Origin: Bugula neritina
Taxonomy: Eukaryota; Animalia; Bryozoa
NCBI GenBank assembly: GCA_964035545.1
Contig: OZ037766.1
Span: 13,506,722 to 13,570,721 of the forward strand
Length of the DNA: 64,000 nt
Reading direction: 5' to 3'
Both the position numbers and the translations under genes were made by a program. The notes beneath the pieces are model-generated. The model saw only the letters and a program-made list of their open reading frames with translations, made no database searches and was not told where the DNA came from. The stretch's first letter is position 1. Every line of letters starts with the position of its first letter. Positions 48,559 through 62,891 of the stretch are shown here, piece after piece.

Positions 48559-51500
48559 ATGTCAGGTTCCAACTCAAAACTGTTTGACACGGTGATTAAA
48601 GTGATAGCTAAAAGTGATTCACCAAATAGGTTTAAAACTCTGCAGCGTGAGGCAAAAAAGATTGATCTGAAGAAAACATCTAAATTAGATGCTGAGATAA
48701 ACGAAGATGCCACTGGCACTTCTAGCTTTCTCACCAATGATCAAAGCAAAGGTAAAGGATGAACGGTTTCAGTCTCATTGCAATTCAGTCGTTGTGATTA
48801 CCACTGCTCTCCTCCCCACAAAGTTTTCATTGCTGTGCTGTTTAGTAGTTATACTTTAAACAGTAAAATATGCTGTCATTGTTTGAATTAAAAATTTGCT
48901 TTTTCCAAGATACACAGAAACTACAATGGAAAAGAAGCAATATGGGACATTATATATATGACCGTGAGAACGGAGGTAGACCTTTAACTGTTGGAGATTT
49001 GTCTTCTCCTGGTCCTGCAGACTATGAGCCTGATTATACCAAAAGAAGTCAAATTAAAACTATGCCCAAGTATTCAATTCGCCCTGCTTTTCAAGCTAGT
49101 AAGTAAATTCAAAGCCTATAGGCTATATAGATAAGTCTATAATATATCGTTTGAGAAACAGTGGTTTTTCGTTTCTATTACAGTAACTATGATACTTTTT
49201 GGAAGCAAACGGATATATTTGGCTAGTGATAAGCTAATGACATGGAACTTAGTATCAATGTACTGTGAATTTCTAGGCAATAGGGACTCAGGCTCACCTG
49301 GACCCAAGTATGAGACCTCGCCAGGCGTATTGCAGAAATATCACAAACAAGTCACCATCAAAGGCAGACATCCTACACAGTTTACTCGTAAGTTTTCACA
49401 GTAAGTGCTTATTTTAGATAATATTCTTGCTGAGATGATTCAGGCGCAGTATATTAAGCTGTTACTAATCAGGTCTTGATGGTTAACTACGTTACGTTTT
49501 TAGTCAATCTCATTTGAAGGTAATGGTAACGCTACAAACTTTATGTAAACAGACCGAAGTTGACGATTAAATAATTACAAACTTCAATGTTAGCATCAAT
49601 AGATATTTCATTCGGCATTTTTAAATGTGTAGTCTATTGCAGGACAATAATGCCCCAAGAAGTAGGTTACATAATTGATATCCATTGGTCTGACATTTGT
49701 TCATATGATCACCAATTGTGGACTCTATCACTAGACTTGAAATCTAGGTGATGATAGCTGACTTCATAAGAAACCATTTATCCAAAGTTGTAGAACTTAG
49801 TCTGTTGCAGAAGGTGTTGGCCCTGGGCCTGGTGAATATTTGTCATCATATACTACTGTTGGCTCTAAGCCCAATTATTTAAAAACTACTTTGAAGAAAA
49901 GAATTGATGGCCGCCACAGGGCTGGCTTCAACTCCGTTCTGGAGGAACCAGTTGAGAGTCCAGGTACGTCTTTATAGGTGATTTGTGCGAACAAAAATGT
50001 GGACACTCTTACAGAATGTACAAAATAGACACTGACAATTTGTCAAAAAAGCGAGTGCATCTGTATGTGTGTTTAAAATGTTTTTATATTACAAGTATTT
50101 ACGATTAAGTGATTTCTTATATAGTTTCCAGATATTACTACTCAACTTCTGGTAATCTTGGTTATAAAATTATTTGATTGTTGCTCCTGATTTTTCTGTA
50201 CACAGGATATCTAAATACCCAGGAGCAGTTTTTGATAGACAAAACAGCAAAATCTGTGAGGTTTGGTGATGCACCGAAGTGGACTCTCGTTGGAAAGCCT
50301 ATATGTGCTACAGTTGATGGTCCAGGTATGCAGCTTTCTCTGCTCTGGTTGGTAAACTGAAAATATTAAAAAATGTAACTTGGATATGACAACTTCTTTT
50401 GCCCAAGTGCATTGTAGTGAAAATTGTTTTTACCTCTGCTTTTGCATAGAGTTCTAATATGTTAACTCACTCTGTGGATTTTTCTTACAACACATGAAGC
50501 TATAAGTGAAAATAATTTTCTATTGATTTATAATTTTCTATTCTATTAACACACAAGTAGGACTTATGCTACAATTATCTGCTTAAAAGTCAAATCTAAC
50601 TAAAATTTTTTTTGCAAAATTGCAGCTTTTAGTTATTTATCTTGCATTTACCTGCCATGTAAAGCATTGATGTGGCTTATTAGTAGTATTGTCTAGCCAT
50701 GTTCAGGTTATATTTTTTTCACTTATGTCTATCAAATGAGTAGTCTATAAACTCATTACTTTGTCACTATGAATAAAAATATACCTTGGCGTCTTTGCCA
50801 GACTTTATTTTCTATCATGGTACTTTGGTGAGAAGGAATTTTTTCTGTGACGCTTAGTTAGCCTGTTCCTTATTCGCTCATGTTTTAGACGAACCAGACT
50901 ATGTTAGTGAGTGTAGATTTTGAAGAACGCTAAAGTTCTAAAGCATTGTTTGTTATATAAAAAATAATTAAAGTGAAAAACATCAAAAAATAATATGCTA
51001 AAATAGGACTTTGCAAAAAAACCTTGTGTCTAAGTTTTATTATTTTCTTACTATCAAGTATCAACGACTTTTTTTATTATCCTGAAAACGTTATTTTTTA
51101 ATACCAGAGTTGCAAAGTTTTTTGCTCTCACTTGGAGCTTTTGTACCCATAACTTACTGTTCTTTGTGTTACAGGCCCAGCAGCGTATGGTGTCCCAGCT
51201 GAACCTCACAGAGAGCCCGCCCCGGGAACTTCTATGACCGCCAGACCTCTGCACGGTACAGACTTATTGGTTCTCAGTTTAGCATACATATAAATTAGTA
51301 TTTAGTGGTGATAAGGAAAAACTCTAGCCACAATTCATTTTGTCAAAATAAATTAGTTGCATTAAAATTTAGTTTATGCAACTGCAGTTTTAATTTGTTT
51401 ATTATACTAGAATTTCTAAAGTTTATATCTTCACTGAAAAGTGCACCTTAACAAGATTATGAATTTTCAAAATATTTTGCACACGTTTTGTTTGTGTGCA

Positions 51501-54500
51501 ATATTATGCACACACACAAAATTACAACAGCGCTGCTTTTGCTAGCCCACTCATGTTAATAGTTATCTTATTTATATTTTCTAAAGTCATATTTCAAATA
51601 CATAACAGTCTCTCGCCATTTTGACCTTTTTGTTGTATTTTTGAAATACTGGAGGTTTGCTGATTCATACAATACAGATTCAGTGACTCTCAAGTTTCTT
51701 ATTAACAGGAAAATTTAATAAGAAGATTTTTAAAACTAAGTGGCAATTCTAGTAATAGTTATTTGTTGGAAGTGAAAAAATGCATAAAAAAAAGAAATAC
51801 ATATTTGTGATGCATGTTGCTCACTTTCAAACAAACTGTTTTAGTTTGCTTTTTAGATCAAAATTTTCAGTTGCTTGTGAAAGTCTTTTTACATATTTTT
51901 TATAGCAGAGAAGATTGACATTTTTAAATACAGTTTTTACTTTCATTTTTTACCATTTATTTTTTCCAAAATTTTTTTTGTACATTGCAAAGCAGCAGCT
52001 ATCTAGTTTTCTGTGACTTCATTTACCGGTATGTCAAAACAGGCGAAGAACTTTCTTAATTATTTTATATGAATTTACAAATAACTGAAACTTGATATCA
52101 CCTTAGATTCAGCAGACTTGGAAGATGCTACCCCAGGGCCCAGTGAATACCTACCCTCATTTGCTGACAAACAAAGCAATCCTCGGGCTATAGTCCTACC
52201 AAGGAGAGAGTTGACAACTGGTCAGTCTTTATTTGCTTCAGGCTTGGTTTTATCTGTTATTTTATAAGAATGATATGTGAAATGAATTTAGTCATTACAG
52301 AATGTTATTTTTCTGAAAGTGCTTATAAATTTTTTTTATAAAGTATTGTCTTAGTATAGGCCTAATCACAAACTGTCTTATTTGCTTTGTGTAATTTATG
52401 TTTTAGTATAATTATTTTCATGTACCATACAATAACCATGCCATAACCATTCATAAACCATACAATAACCATACAATAACCATACACCCACACAGTAAAC
52501 TGTAATCTAACATGCATTATATTACACAGGTAGATATGCTCCTGCCCCTAATGAGTACCACATCAATGGACAGTATGATAAGGTTAAAAAATGTTATGAC
52601 TTTAAAGGTCCAAATATAACATATAGACACCACAGTTCCTGTGAAAATGGTAAGCCACAGCTATGTTAATTTGCACTCGAAGTAGGAGTTGTGCTTTCAT
52701 TTCACGTTGATGGTATGAAATAGGATGATATGTACTTGTATATTTATGATAAATTTATTTACTAGTTTTTCAAGCAAAGGAGTTAATTGTTTTTCTTCAT
52801 TTCAAAAGCAGACAGACATACTTGTATAAGTTCACATCTATATTGGCATACTACTACAAGTTTACACCTACATTGACATACTTTTACAAGTTTACACCTA
52901 CATTAACATACTTTACTTGTAAATTGTAGATGCATCACCTGGTCCAAGCAGCTATAATCCACACCACGGATACAAGATCTCAGGTGGAGCTTTCTTCAAC
53001 GGCAACAGAAAGGCACTAACGTGTGCTGACTGTTTGCTGAGCAAAACTAATCTGACTACTACTAAGGCTATACCGGGTGCCTGCACATACTACCCTCAAA
53101 ATCACTGTATCAGCTCAAACTCTAGGCCTAAATACACTTTTGGCACATCTCGAAAGCCTACAAAGTTAAATGGTAATAATCAAATAAATGTTACACAGTG
53201 TTATGAAATATAGATAGATATAGATATAGATAAAATTAATAAAGCCATGCTTGGGATATGTAAGTCTCTTCACATATTGCATGTTTAAATGCAGCTGTTG
53301 ACGATAAATTTATGTCTTTTGGTTAATTTTGCTTCAAAAATATGTAATTTATTGGATGCAAGCAAGTTTATCTTGCACTTTTCTAAATTTTCATCTAGAA
53401 AAACTAAGTTTCTTGTGACCTAGCTTGTTATATATTATAGTATGCATGCCTTACGTACGTCCTAGAAAATAATGTAATTGTTGCTAAATTTTTCACAAGA
53501 ACTGATATAAATCGATAAATGGTTATAATGTAATTTGACTTAATTTGCTTAAATGTTGCTGTCAAAACAGTAGATAAGTTTTTAATCTGCTATGAAATAT
53601 TTGAACTATATTAATAATTCAATTCAATTCTGATTTACATGGTCTCAGTTGGTTGGTATATAACAATAATAATGCTATGTTTTTGTAGATAGACCTGGAC
53701 CAGCCAATTACAGCACTAGAAATCTCACTAAAACTGGCTACTCGCCAGCACCTAAGTTTTCTTTTGGAGGCAGAGGAGTTGCCCATGCTGGTGAGAATAT
53801 TTTGTAGCTAAACAGTTTTTTTATTAAATTATAATAATTGTAATAATATAGCACATGTAATTCGACATTCATGATAATATTAGTTAGAATTTGTACTGAT
53901 TTAAACTGCAAATCTCATGCTGCAATTAGGCTATTTAGGTGTATAGAGTGGAAAGACAACTCCGTCACACACTTTGCCTCTGATATGAAGTATACATGTA
54001 CAAGCTGCAGCTCTCACATGAACAGGGTATAGATATGCTCGGCAATGTGTCAGTATGATATAATGTGGTTTTAACTTTGTTTTATCTGAAAGGAAAGACA
54101 ACTGCTGGTGGAGAATATCACAGCATGCCCTCACCCAGTTATGGCATATCGTACAGCATTCGAGGCCGAAACAGTAAATCTGGTCTCCACACAGGTATGT
54201 AGATAAACAACCGAACTGTCTTGTGAAAATGACATGAGCTAAATGTACTAAATATTAAAGTAGGTTTATAGAGAGTCTATAGATAGATGTTTCTAGGTCA
54301 TACAAGGTCTGTTGGTGTCATTATGTACATGTGTCTATATCACGGGCTTACAACTTGGTTACAGTGCATACTTTGAATCATTTAGGAGGCTCAGCTAATT
54401 TGCCGGGACCACAGTATAACTTGAGAGGTATGACTCACACTGGCAAGTATGCCAAGTGCAATGAAGGTGTGAGTTTAACCAGCAGGTGCTCTCCTCATGT

Positions 54501-54570
54501 GTATTCACCACTGGGCCACCCTGTGAGGTTACAACAATCCTCTGTCCTAACTAACATCCACTTTGGTTAA
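48559..54570 (+). CDS. ODF3/CIMAP1-like SHIPPO (PGP) repeat axonemal/sperm-tail protein, 12 exons, ~570 aa
   Basis: Exons 48559-48751, 48910-49098, 49277-49387, 49811-49963, 50206-50325, 51175-51255, 52107-52220, 52530-52649, 52930-53172, 53689-53790, 54093-54194 and 54386-54570. Repeated PGPxxY...PKYS/FS motifs (SPGPADY, SPGPKY, PGPGEY, PGPAAY, PGPSEY, PGPSSY, PGPANY, PGPQY). Confidence 0.85.
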
Positions 54571-55379
54571 AGCTTATGATAATGTGTTCAACTATTATAA
54601 GATTTTTGAGAAGTTTCAATGAAACGGACAGTTTGCATTGGCAATAAATATTGGATATTACACCTTATTGATCTGAATTCAATTACACAGATAATATCCT
54701 GCTTGCTTGTAGATTTTCTGTATTCTCACTAAACCATGCAAATAAATTTTGAATTTTTACTGATACTATATTCTTGCAAATACTTTTTACAGTTTACCCC
54801 ATAAAGTCTTAAGCCCATAATTCTTATTATTAAGATGTTGAAAACGTGCAAAAGGGTGTAATAAAAATTGATTGTTGCCAGAGTGCTCGAATTTTTATTG
54901 AGTTGAAAATATAATAATACATTCAATAAATATATATAAATCACTTTAAATTTTGTAAATATACAAAACTCATCATGATAGCAAACTACTCAACTTAGCT
55001 ACATATAAACATAGAATATGTTGAAATCATACACCCGCCTTCTATATTTAACATTACCATATTGGTTGGTGCAACAACTTGACGTAACAGTTGAATATAC
55101 ATAGCTAATGTTGAGCTCAACCTGTATGTGCATGAGTTTCTCACCTCTTTTATAACCTAGTGGAATTATACTGGTAACTGCACTTAACTAGACTGGTTTG
55201 TATTTAGTATTCATATTACTACTGTGTTTAGTATAAAGTATTGAACTGAAAATCAAATATAGCGCTTAAATTTACTTTATGCTATCCAGAACTTTTTATT
55301 CTCAAAACTTATATTCTAATATATTTCTATTTTCAACTGTTAGAAACATATGAATAATAGAGTGACATGGTAAAGTGTG

Positions 55380-58300
55380 TTAGTTTTGCTGTGCCCATGG
55401 TCCCCACACACCACCATTCAGTGCTGGGTTACATTGCTGGTACACCGTCATTGGTATAGCATCCAGCACAGTGTTCTGGTATCTCAGGAGATCATCTAGC
55501 AACCCTTCTCTTATACTAGCATATTTTGGGTTTTTAAACTGGTTTATCTGCTCAGTTGGGTCAGTGAGAATGTTATACAGTTCACCATCTTTCTCAGCGT
55601 ATTCTTCAATGCTCGTTGCTCCAATTTTAAACCCTGCACATGCATAACTTTGTTGTTAAAGGACATCAGAACATGAGGTTGCAGACAATTGATAATTTAT
55701 TTAAAAACTAAGGACAGTTCTAAGACAATATCTATTTTTAATTCTCACTTGAATTAGTGAAATAGAATTAGCAACATGTAACACCATATCACCCTAAAAA
55801 TTACCTGTCCTATTCATAGACAATGATTATTCTCTTGCTTTATGCGACATTAACATTTTCTGTACTTACACTGTTCTACTTGTGCTGCTTTATTTACACT
55901 ACTCTACTTACAGTATTCCATTTACACTGTTCTACTTACACTACTATATTTACACAGTTCTACTTAAACTACTATATTTACACAGTTCTACTTACACTAT
56001 ACTATATTTGCACTGTTCTACTTACATTCAGTGTAATTGTCTTTAGGATTTGGGATGTTAACTCCGCCTCTGTTAACTCCAGTCATCAGTTTCCACCCGT
56101 TCTTGTTAACAATGGCAGCCTGAGTATCTAGTGAGAATTCTGTTGCATTTATCCTTTGACGCTGAACTATGTTGTGCAGCACTTCCTGCAATTAGATGTC
56201 ATTACAGCCTTTAGGAAACATTCACCGGCTTTCCATGTACCGATCTCAGATCGATCTTAGCGAGATCGATCCATGGAAAGACGTCAAAGATCGATCTCAG
56301 TCGTTCTGAGCTGGTCGGTCTGTAGAGCTCGAACTCAGATCGATCTCAAAGCAATAAGACCATGGAAAGACGAAAGATCGATCTGAGAAGTGGAAAAATG
56401 ACTGCTCGCTAAAATGTTGTCTGCTAATAAAAATGATAACTTATTGTTAATTACTAAGCAAAGTACTTAATAATTAAGATAGCTATCTTTTCAGGTGGCA
56501 AAACTTTGACTTTCAGTACAATGATTAAGAAAACTTAATTATATGCAGTAGAAGGTAAAAAAAATGGAAGAATTTAAATTGAATTTAAATGACTATTAAA
56601 ACTTAGTTTCATTAGCTATTTTCTTTGTAATTTTAAGCCTAACAGTCCTGTAAGTTTATTAATAATCTGCAAGACAGCCAGTAATTTTATATAAACTGTC
56701 AAGCTAAAAAATTATTATTAATTATTTTAAATTGGCCAAATTACTATACACTGAAAGCTTTGTTGCGTATAGTTTATAGCTGGGATTAAATTTTAGACTA
56801 CGACCATCTCGTTTTCAACAGTAGTAGCTTTAATCACTCAAATAGGTGAACAAATTATACTTTTAAAGTATCCTTCACTTAAGAGGGGGCAACTTCGCGA
56901 GATCGATCTGACACTCGCATGGAAAACCGATCGATCTGAGCACATGTTTCAGATCGATCTCAGCGAGATCGATCTGAGATCGGTACATGGAAAGCCCGTG
57001 ATTGTGAAGCATTTTACTTGCACTAGCCAATCAAGTAAATATAACTGGCTAACTGCTGTTGTGAAACTACAATAGGAGTTAAAAAAAACAATTTGAAAAC
57101 GTAAATTTATATATAGAGTAGTTTGTACTTATTTTATGAATTTTGTTGAATCGTTATTATTTATTGAATCGAAAGGAATTTGATACTTTAAGGCAACACA
57201 TAATGTTGACCAACTTGCAAGTATTTCCAAAATATTATTCAAGTGCCCTTTCTATATATTGAATATATTATGTGCCTAATTCAATACACATTATGATAGA
57301 AAGCTCATTACATAAAACTATGTTATAAATGCTATCTTGTAGAATACTAATAGTAAAATTAGAATACAAACAATAAGAATAAGTAGTGAAAGAATGTTCA
57401 AAGAAAAGGACATCATTAAAACAAAATTATGACTTAAATTTGAAGCTTCAAAGTTATCCTTTCAGTTAATGAATTTGGTAAATTTTCAAAAACTTGCAAA
57501 ACTTGAAAATTAGTAACAACCCAATTGACAGAATAGTGCATTGTACCAAATTATTATTATAATATTTACATATAAATAATTGTGCTTTGAAAAAAACTTT
57601 TTAACGGGATTTCTCAAGGGGATAGTGACTATAAACTATCATGAGTTTTTTCGCTACCTGATCAGGAGATAGTGGCGAAAGGGGAACAATACTGAATAAA
57701 CAAGTGCAGCTTCACACAAGTGGCTAAAATATAATCTCAACTTTAAGCAGAGTAGGCAAACTTAGCAAAAACTTGTAAATCATTAAAATATAATTTTGCT
57801 AAGCATGAACTTTTCAACTCTATTATAACTATAATTCTGTTACCAATACAAATAGACAATTGAATCATTTTTAAAACATATTATTATGTCTACTACATTA
57901 ACATATCATAAGTAGATATCTATTGCATCTAGTAATAAGGAATAATAGTGTTAAAGTGTTCAACCTAAAAATATTTATAGATAGAAAGTATATTCAGCAC
58001 ACAATTATGCCTGTACCTGTATAAAAATGTATACCTTTACAGAGCATACTGTATATATGATATAGTGTACATGATTCACACCTTGTCCCAGTAGACTGCA
58101 CTAGGGCAATAAATGATATAAGGTTGTGCAACATTCTCAGAAGAGAAATATAGCACTCACTGAAGCATGACTAAAACTAGTCAGGTTTTCTTATTTTCTT
58201 CACAAAAAGTTGTGTGTTGCTCAATGCCATCTATGTCTGTAGGTCACCAGTATGTGCTGTAGCTAATTTCCAGCACAAATGAATTAAACTAGTCATATCA

Positions 58301-61300
58301 AACAACATATCTTTAGTGTCTTCTTTAAAAATCTTCTTATAGCACCATAATTTTATTAAAGTTACACAGAAAGCCTTTTAATACAATTATATAGCAAAGT
58401 ATAAAAAATTCTTCAACGTGGAAAGCTTTGATCTATAAAATATTAACTTTCTTCTTACAAATGACTTTTTTTAAAATTATTTTTAGCCCTCAGCCACAAA
58501 ATATCTTTGATTTTAATCTTTGTGCACGCCCATTACGTCTTTTGCCATTAAACTCTGTTTATCAGAACTGTATTATACCGGACTAGCTTACCTGTCTTTG
58601 AGAAGTTTTTCCTTCTTTGATCACATCCCATTGGTTGAATCCGTCAACTTCTATTGAAGTATTATCACCGGCAATATTGACTAAAGTGGGCAACCAATCA
58701 GTGATGTGCATTAAACTCGTAACATTTCGATTCCTCTTTGAAGCTTTTATTAATGGACTAGACACAAGGCCCACAGCTCGCACACCTACAAATTAATACT
58801 AAGATTGCACTCGTTGTAGATATGCACTTCCATCTTGTGTTTGCAACCAAAATTATATAACTTCTCTATAAAGCATAATGTAATTTTGGAGTACATTTTG
58901 CATGACTCAAACCATTAGATACTTTATTCTTGAGGCATTTATTAATTGATATTTGTGGCACTAATTATAAAAATTCATTGAAGTGCAAAAGAACTATGAT
59001 TATATGATACAGTAAAAACAAATCAAAGTTGTGGTCTAGCATAAGCTATATAAAAAAAGAAGTGCATTGGGTACGCATTCCTTACCTCCCTGATAGAATT
59101 CTCCTTTTGATCCTTTTAGCGGGTAGTTACTGGCAAAGGGAGCGAGACCTCCATTATCAGCTGACAGTATTATTACAGTGTTATTATATATCCCAGCATC
59201 CTTCAGTGTCTGTACCACCTGCCCTACGCCATCATCTAGCGCTGAAACATGGTAAACAAAGTTACTCATAAATAATTTATACAAGTTTCTTTCCAATCTA
59301 TTTTCACTAATTACATATCGACCACTGCGCGTAAGTATTTCTTGTTGAAGGATAGAGTTTAGCTCAATGTATTGCAAAAACATGCCATTTAAAACGCTTT
59401 CATTTACAAAAAAATATATTAGAAAACGTAAAATTTACTGAAAAAATTCTATTTGTTTGCATTGATTAATGTTTCATGAGTTTATTAATGTTTAAAAGTG
59501 GGACCTTAAAAGAAGTCATAGTAATAATACAATAGCAGTTCCAACTTTATTACTTAAACTCTTTATACTTGTGATTTAGTTAGCAGGTAGTTTTAGCTAC
59601 AACTAGTATATACCTGTCACCATGGCAGCATATAGCCTTCTTTCTTTTATTGGAATAGACGGCATATACATATCAACATAACTGGTAGGTGCCTGCAAGT
59701 ATATTAAAGTGAAAGCATGATTTTTGTTAACTTTATATTTAAATCATTGTATTTTTTAAAAAAATGTAATTGTGAACTTCAAAAATCAACATTGCAGAAT
59801 TTAAGTAACTGCTCAGCTTAAAACAATAATAGATTGAAACATTTTGTGTTTATACTCTTTGAGTTCTTGATTGCTATCCTGATCTGCTTTGAACTAAAAA
59901 TAGAGTCTGTGACGGGTACATTTTTATATACAACTAATAACATAAGTTACAACACTTTGCAGAGTAGTGAAAGCAACATAGCTCTACATTCTTTCCATCA
60001 CAGCCACACATGCATACATTATATTTGTATTGTGTGTAAGTACTACAACACAAGCCAACTTACTTCTAGAGGGTAGTGTGGAGCCTGATAAGCCAAGTAC
60101 AAGAACATAGGTTGAGTAGTGTTGTGGTCTGTGATGAGCTCTTGAGCTCTTCGGGTGAAAGCGGTAGTCGTGTATTCTCCAAGATCTCCATGATAAGTGT
60201 CCTCATTGTCACGGTAGTCCATGTATTCTATACCAGTAGTGTAAACCCTGAATATGGAAAGTCATTCAGTAAACAGAAATTGATATATTTCTATAGATCA
60301 CCATAATATCTTATAATAAATGGGTGTGTGCGTGCTTGCGTGCGTGCGTGCGTACTTGTGTCCATGCGTGCGTGTGTGTGTGTAATAACAAACAATATTA
60401 GAAAATATTATGTAAATTTACTAGACAAAGGGAATAAATTACTCTTTTTATTTTTCATCCCAAGTTGTATATAAAAACAATTGCGCTATTTTATGCGATG
60501 TAACACAAACAGTAAAAAGCGCCATGTCTGCTTGAGTTGAGAATAAATGCCATATAAGATGTAAATTACAATATTTTTTAGCAAATTTTGGCTCATCTTT
60601 ATTTCACAAAGTTTCAGATTACCCCTATTCCCTCTACTTATAGAATTTGATAGTTTTAAGATATGCATGAGATTTATGGGTCTACAACGACAACTGAAAA
60701 TGACGCTGGCTCATGTGTGTCAACAAGTGAATTCTCACATCTCTCTAGTGTAGTAACTGCTGCTCTGACGTAGCAGATATCCTCGGTAAGTGTCAAACCC
60801 TCGATTAGTTGGAAAATATTCTTTTTTATGAAACCCTCCATGCCATTTGCCTACAAGCATCATATGTCATTTAAATAAAATATTAAGTAGTTTTTAGAAA
60901 GAAGGTAGAACAGGCATATACTTGTATTGATCTAACTAGCTACTTTATTATCCTACCAATCATATGAGTAGCATAGCCCCGGTCTTTCATTTCATTAGCA
61001 ATTGTACGATATTCTAGTGGAACGCCCTCCTTTGTACATTCAGCTAAGTTACTTCCTTGCAGTCCAAGGTGAATAGAATATCGGCCTGAAATAATTTTTT
61101 TTAGTACAGAATATCCTAATATTCCATGGCCATTTGCATGTGTTTAATGTTTGTTAGTAAACCATAACAAAGATGCACTTATTTCTAATATTTACCTATA
61201 GAAGTCATTTATCATGAACATGAACCAATAACATTTTAAACTTGAAGACTTGTCAGACAATATGACTCAAAGTTTTACCATTATGTATTTTTTTTATAAA

Positions 61301-62528
61301 TATGCAACACTGTGCTGCAATACTTGGTTTTCTATGTGTGTGCAAGAACTTTTACAGTAAAAAAAATACTTGATATAGTGTTACAGCAGTGAAAGGATGC
61401 AGCTAACGTAGTGTATTAGACAGATGCCTGTCACTGTAAAGACTATAAGTAAGTGAAATGCAGCTCAAATGGTGTTTAGTTATTAAATGTATTCCTATGA
61501 GGATGCCAGAAAAACTCCTTAACAATTTAGTGCCCATCCAATGCTGCAACATAATAAGATGTTACACTGTGATGAACAATAAGACATATGGTGCTCAAAA
61601 TACCAGTGAGAAATTGGGTCCTAGTTGGGCCACATAGCGGTGCCACGTAATAGTTTTCCAGTCTCACTCCGTCTTTAGCCAACGCATCTATATTAGGAGT
61701 CATTATCTCTCCGTATCCATGATATCCAACATCATTGAAGCCCAAGTCGTCAGCCATGATAAACACTATGTTGGGCTGGCCTGACTGCCCACTCGTAACA
61801 GCTAGTGTTAGTAGGAGAGTAAATGCTACTAACTTTTGCTAAAAAAGAAACAACACCTTAGACATTACTAAAAGCAAAGTTTTGAGAAAATATGTCATTA
61901 CTTGATCTGAATATGTTACAGTTTCAGATTTATACATGAAATTCAAGAGGTTTTTATTATAGGAAAAAGTTTGAATAAGTTAGCAAAAATATGCACAACA
62001 TGGTTATGGAATGCATTGCATATATGCCAAATTATTTTAATCATGAAAACTAAAGGAAGCAGAAATGTTAAAAGTATCTACAGAGCTCTTTTTATCCTTG
62101 TAGGAAAATTTAGTATTACAAACAAAAAATTAAGTCACAAGTGTTTCAATTGATATTCTTGTATTACCTAATAACATTCAATATTATAAATTTTAAATTA
62201 CAGTTTAGATAGAATTCAATAGTGTAATTATGATATTCCCAAATGCTGTTTTATAAAAATATGATTATGTGACTATTTTTAACAATTCTTTTTGGAAAAC
62301 TATGTATATAGCCTTATTTCACTGCTTTTAGTATAAACTCAACATGAATTGCAAACTTAATTTGGGCATAAAAATCTGAATGGCATGAATAAATATATCA
62401 GTTATATAATTATATATAAATAAAATTTTAATTGTCATGTTCTATGGTTCTTTTAGTTGTTTAGATAAGCTCACCTTTAATCTGCAGAGGCTTCCATTTT
62501 TTAAATCCAACTGGAAAGATGTTCCCAT
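55380..62528 (-). CDS. Arylsulfatase B/I/J-like sulfatase, 10 exons, ~518 aa
   Basis: Exons 62475-62528, 61604-61838, 60957-61085, 60739-60850, 60064-60247, 59614-59692, 59086-59241, 58592-58785, 56026-56185 and 55380-55633. Signal-peptide-like stretch, [12 protein letters not shown], formylglycine motif [40 protein letters not shown] and C-terminal GGVWGPW. Confidence 0.92.
55861..56025. repeat. ~26-bp minisatellite abutting the sulfatase exon 9 donor
   Basis: About 6 degenerate units of TATTTACACTGTTCTACTTACACTAC. Confidence 0.8.
56223..57000. mobile_element. Non-autonomous DNA transposon (MITE), 778 bp, with TIRs and a 3-bp TSD
   Basis: TIR CAC(C/G)GGCTTTCCATGTACCGATCTCAGATCGATCT at both ends; ATT flanks both sides (56220-56222, 57001-57003); about 9 subterminal copies of the palindrome (A)GATCGATC(T). 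Confidence 0.9.
57607..57651 (+). mobile_element. 3'-tail fragment of the same SINE family as 25841-26040
   Basis: GGATTTCTCAAGGGGATAGTGACTATAAACTATCATGAGTTTTTT resembles GAGATTTCTTATAGAGATAGCGACTATAAACCTCCGTAAGTTTTTT. Confidence 0.5.
60324..60383. repeat. (GTGC)n/(GT)n microsatellite in a sulfatase intron
   Basis: Visible directly. Confidence 0.85.
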
Positions 62529-62891
62529 TTTAAGATTATAGCTTTATAGTTTAGTAACAGCTTGTGTCTCACCAGGTGTACTCTCTCAACTACGTATACT
62601 GGTTAAGGACGTTGTAGAGGTTGCAGCAGCAAGTTATCCACGTACTAATCATGCGCTGGTTTTTAGGCCCATCCAATAGCTTCTAGTATTATTTGATGAT
62701 GAGCAAACCAGCATATTTATCACTGTACAGACACTGTATCTACACATTTTGCCATTATAATAACTTAACATAAAGAAAATAGGTATGTGGCTGATAAGAA
62801 CCTGCGGAAGAATTGTTATTTGAATACAGTAGGTGTATGCTGGTAAAAGGTGACATGTTTCAGTAAGGTTTGAACTTCTTACTAAACAGTT

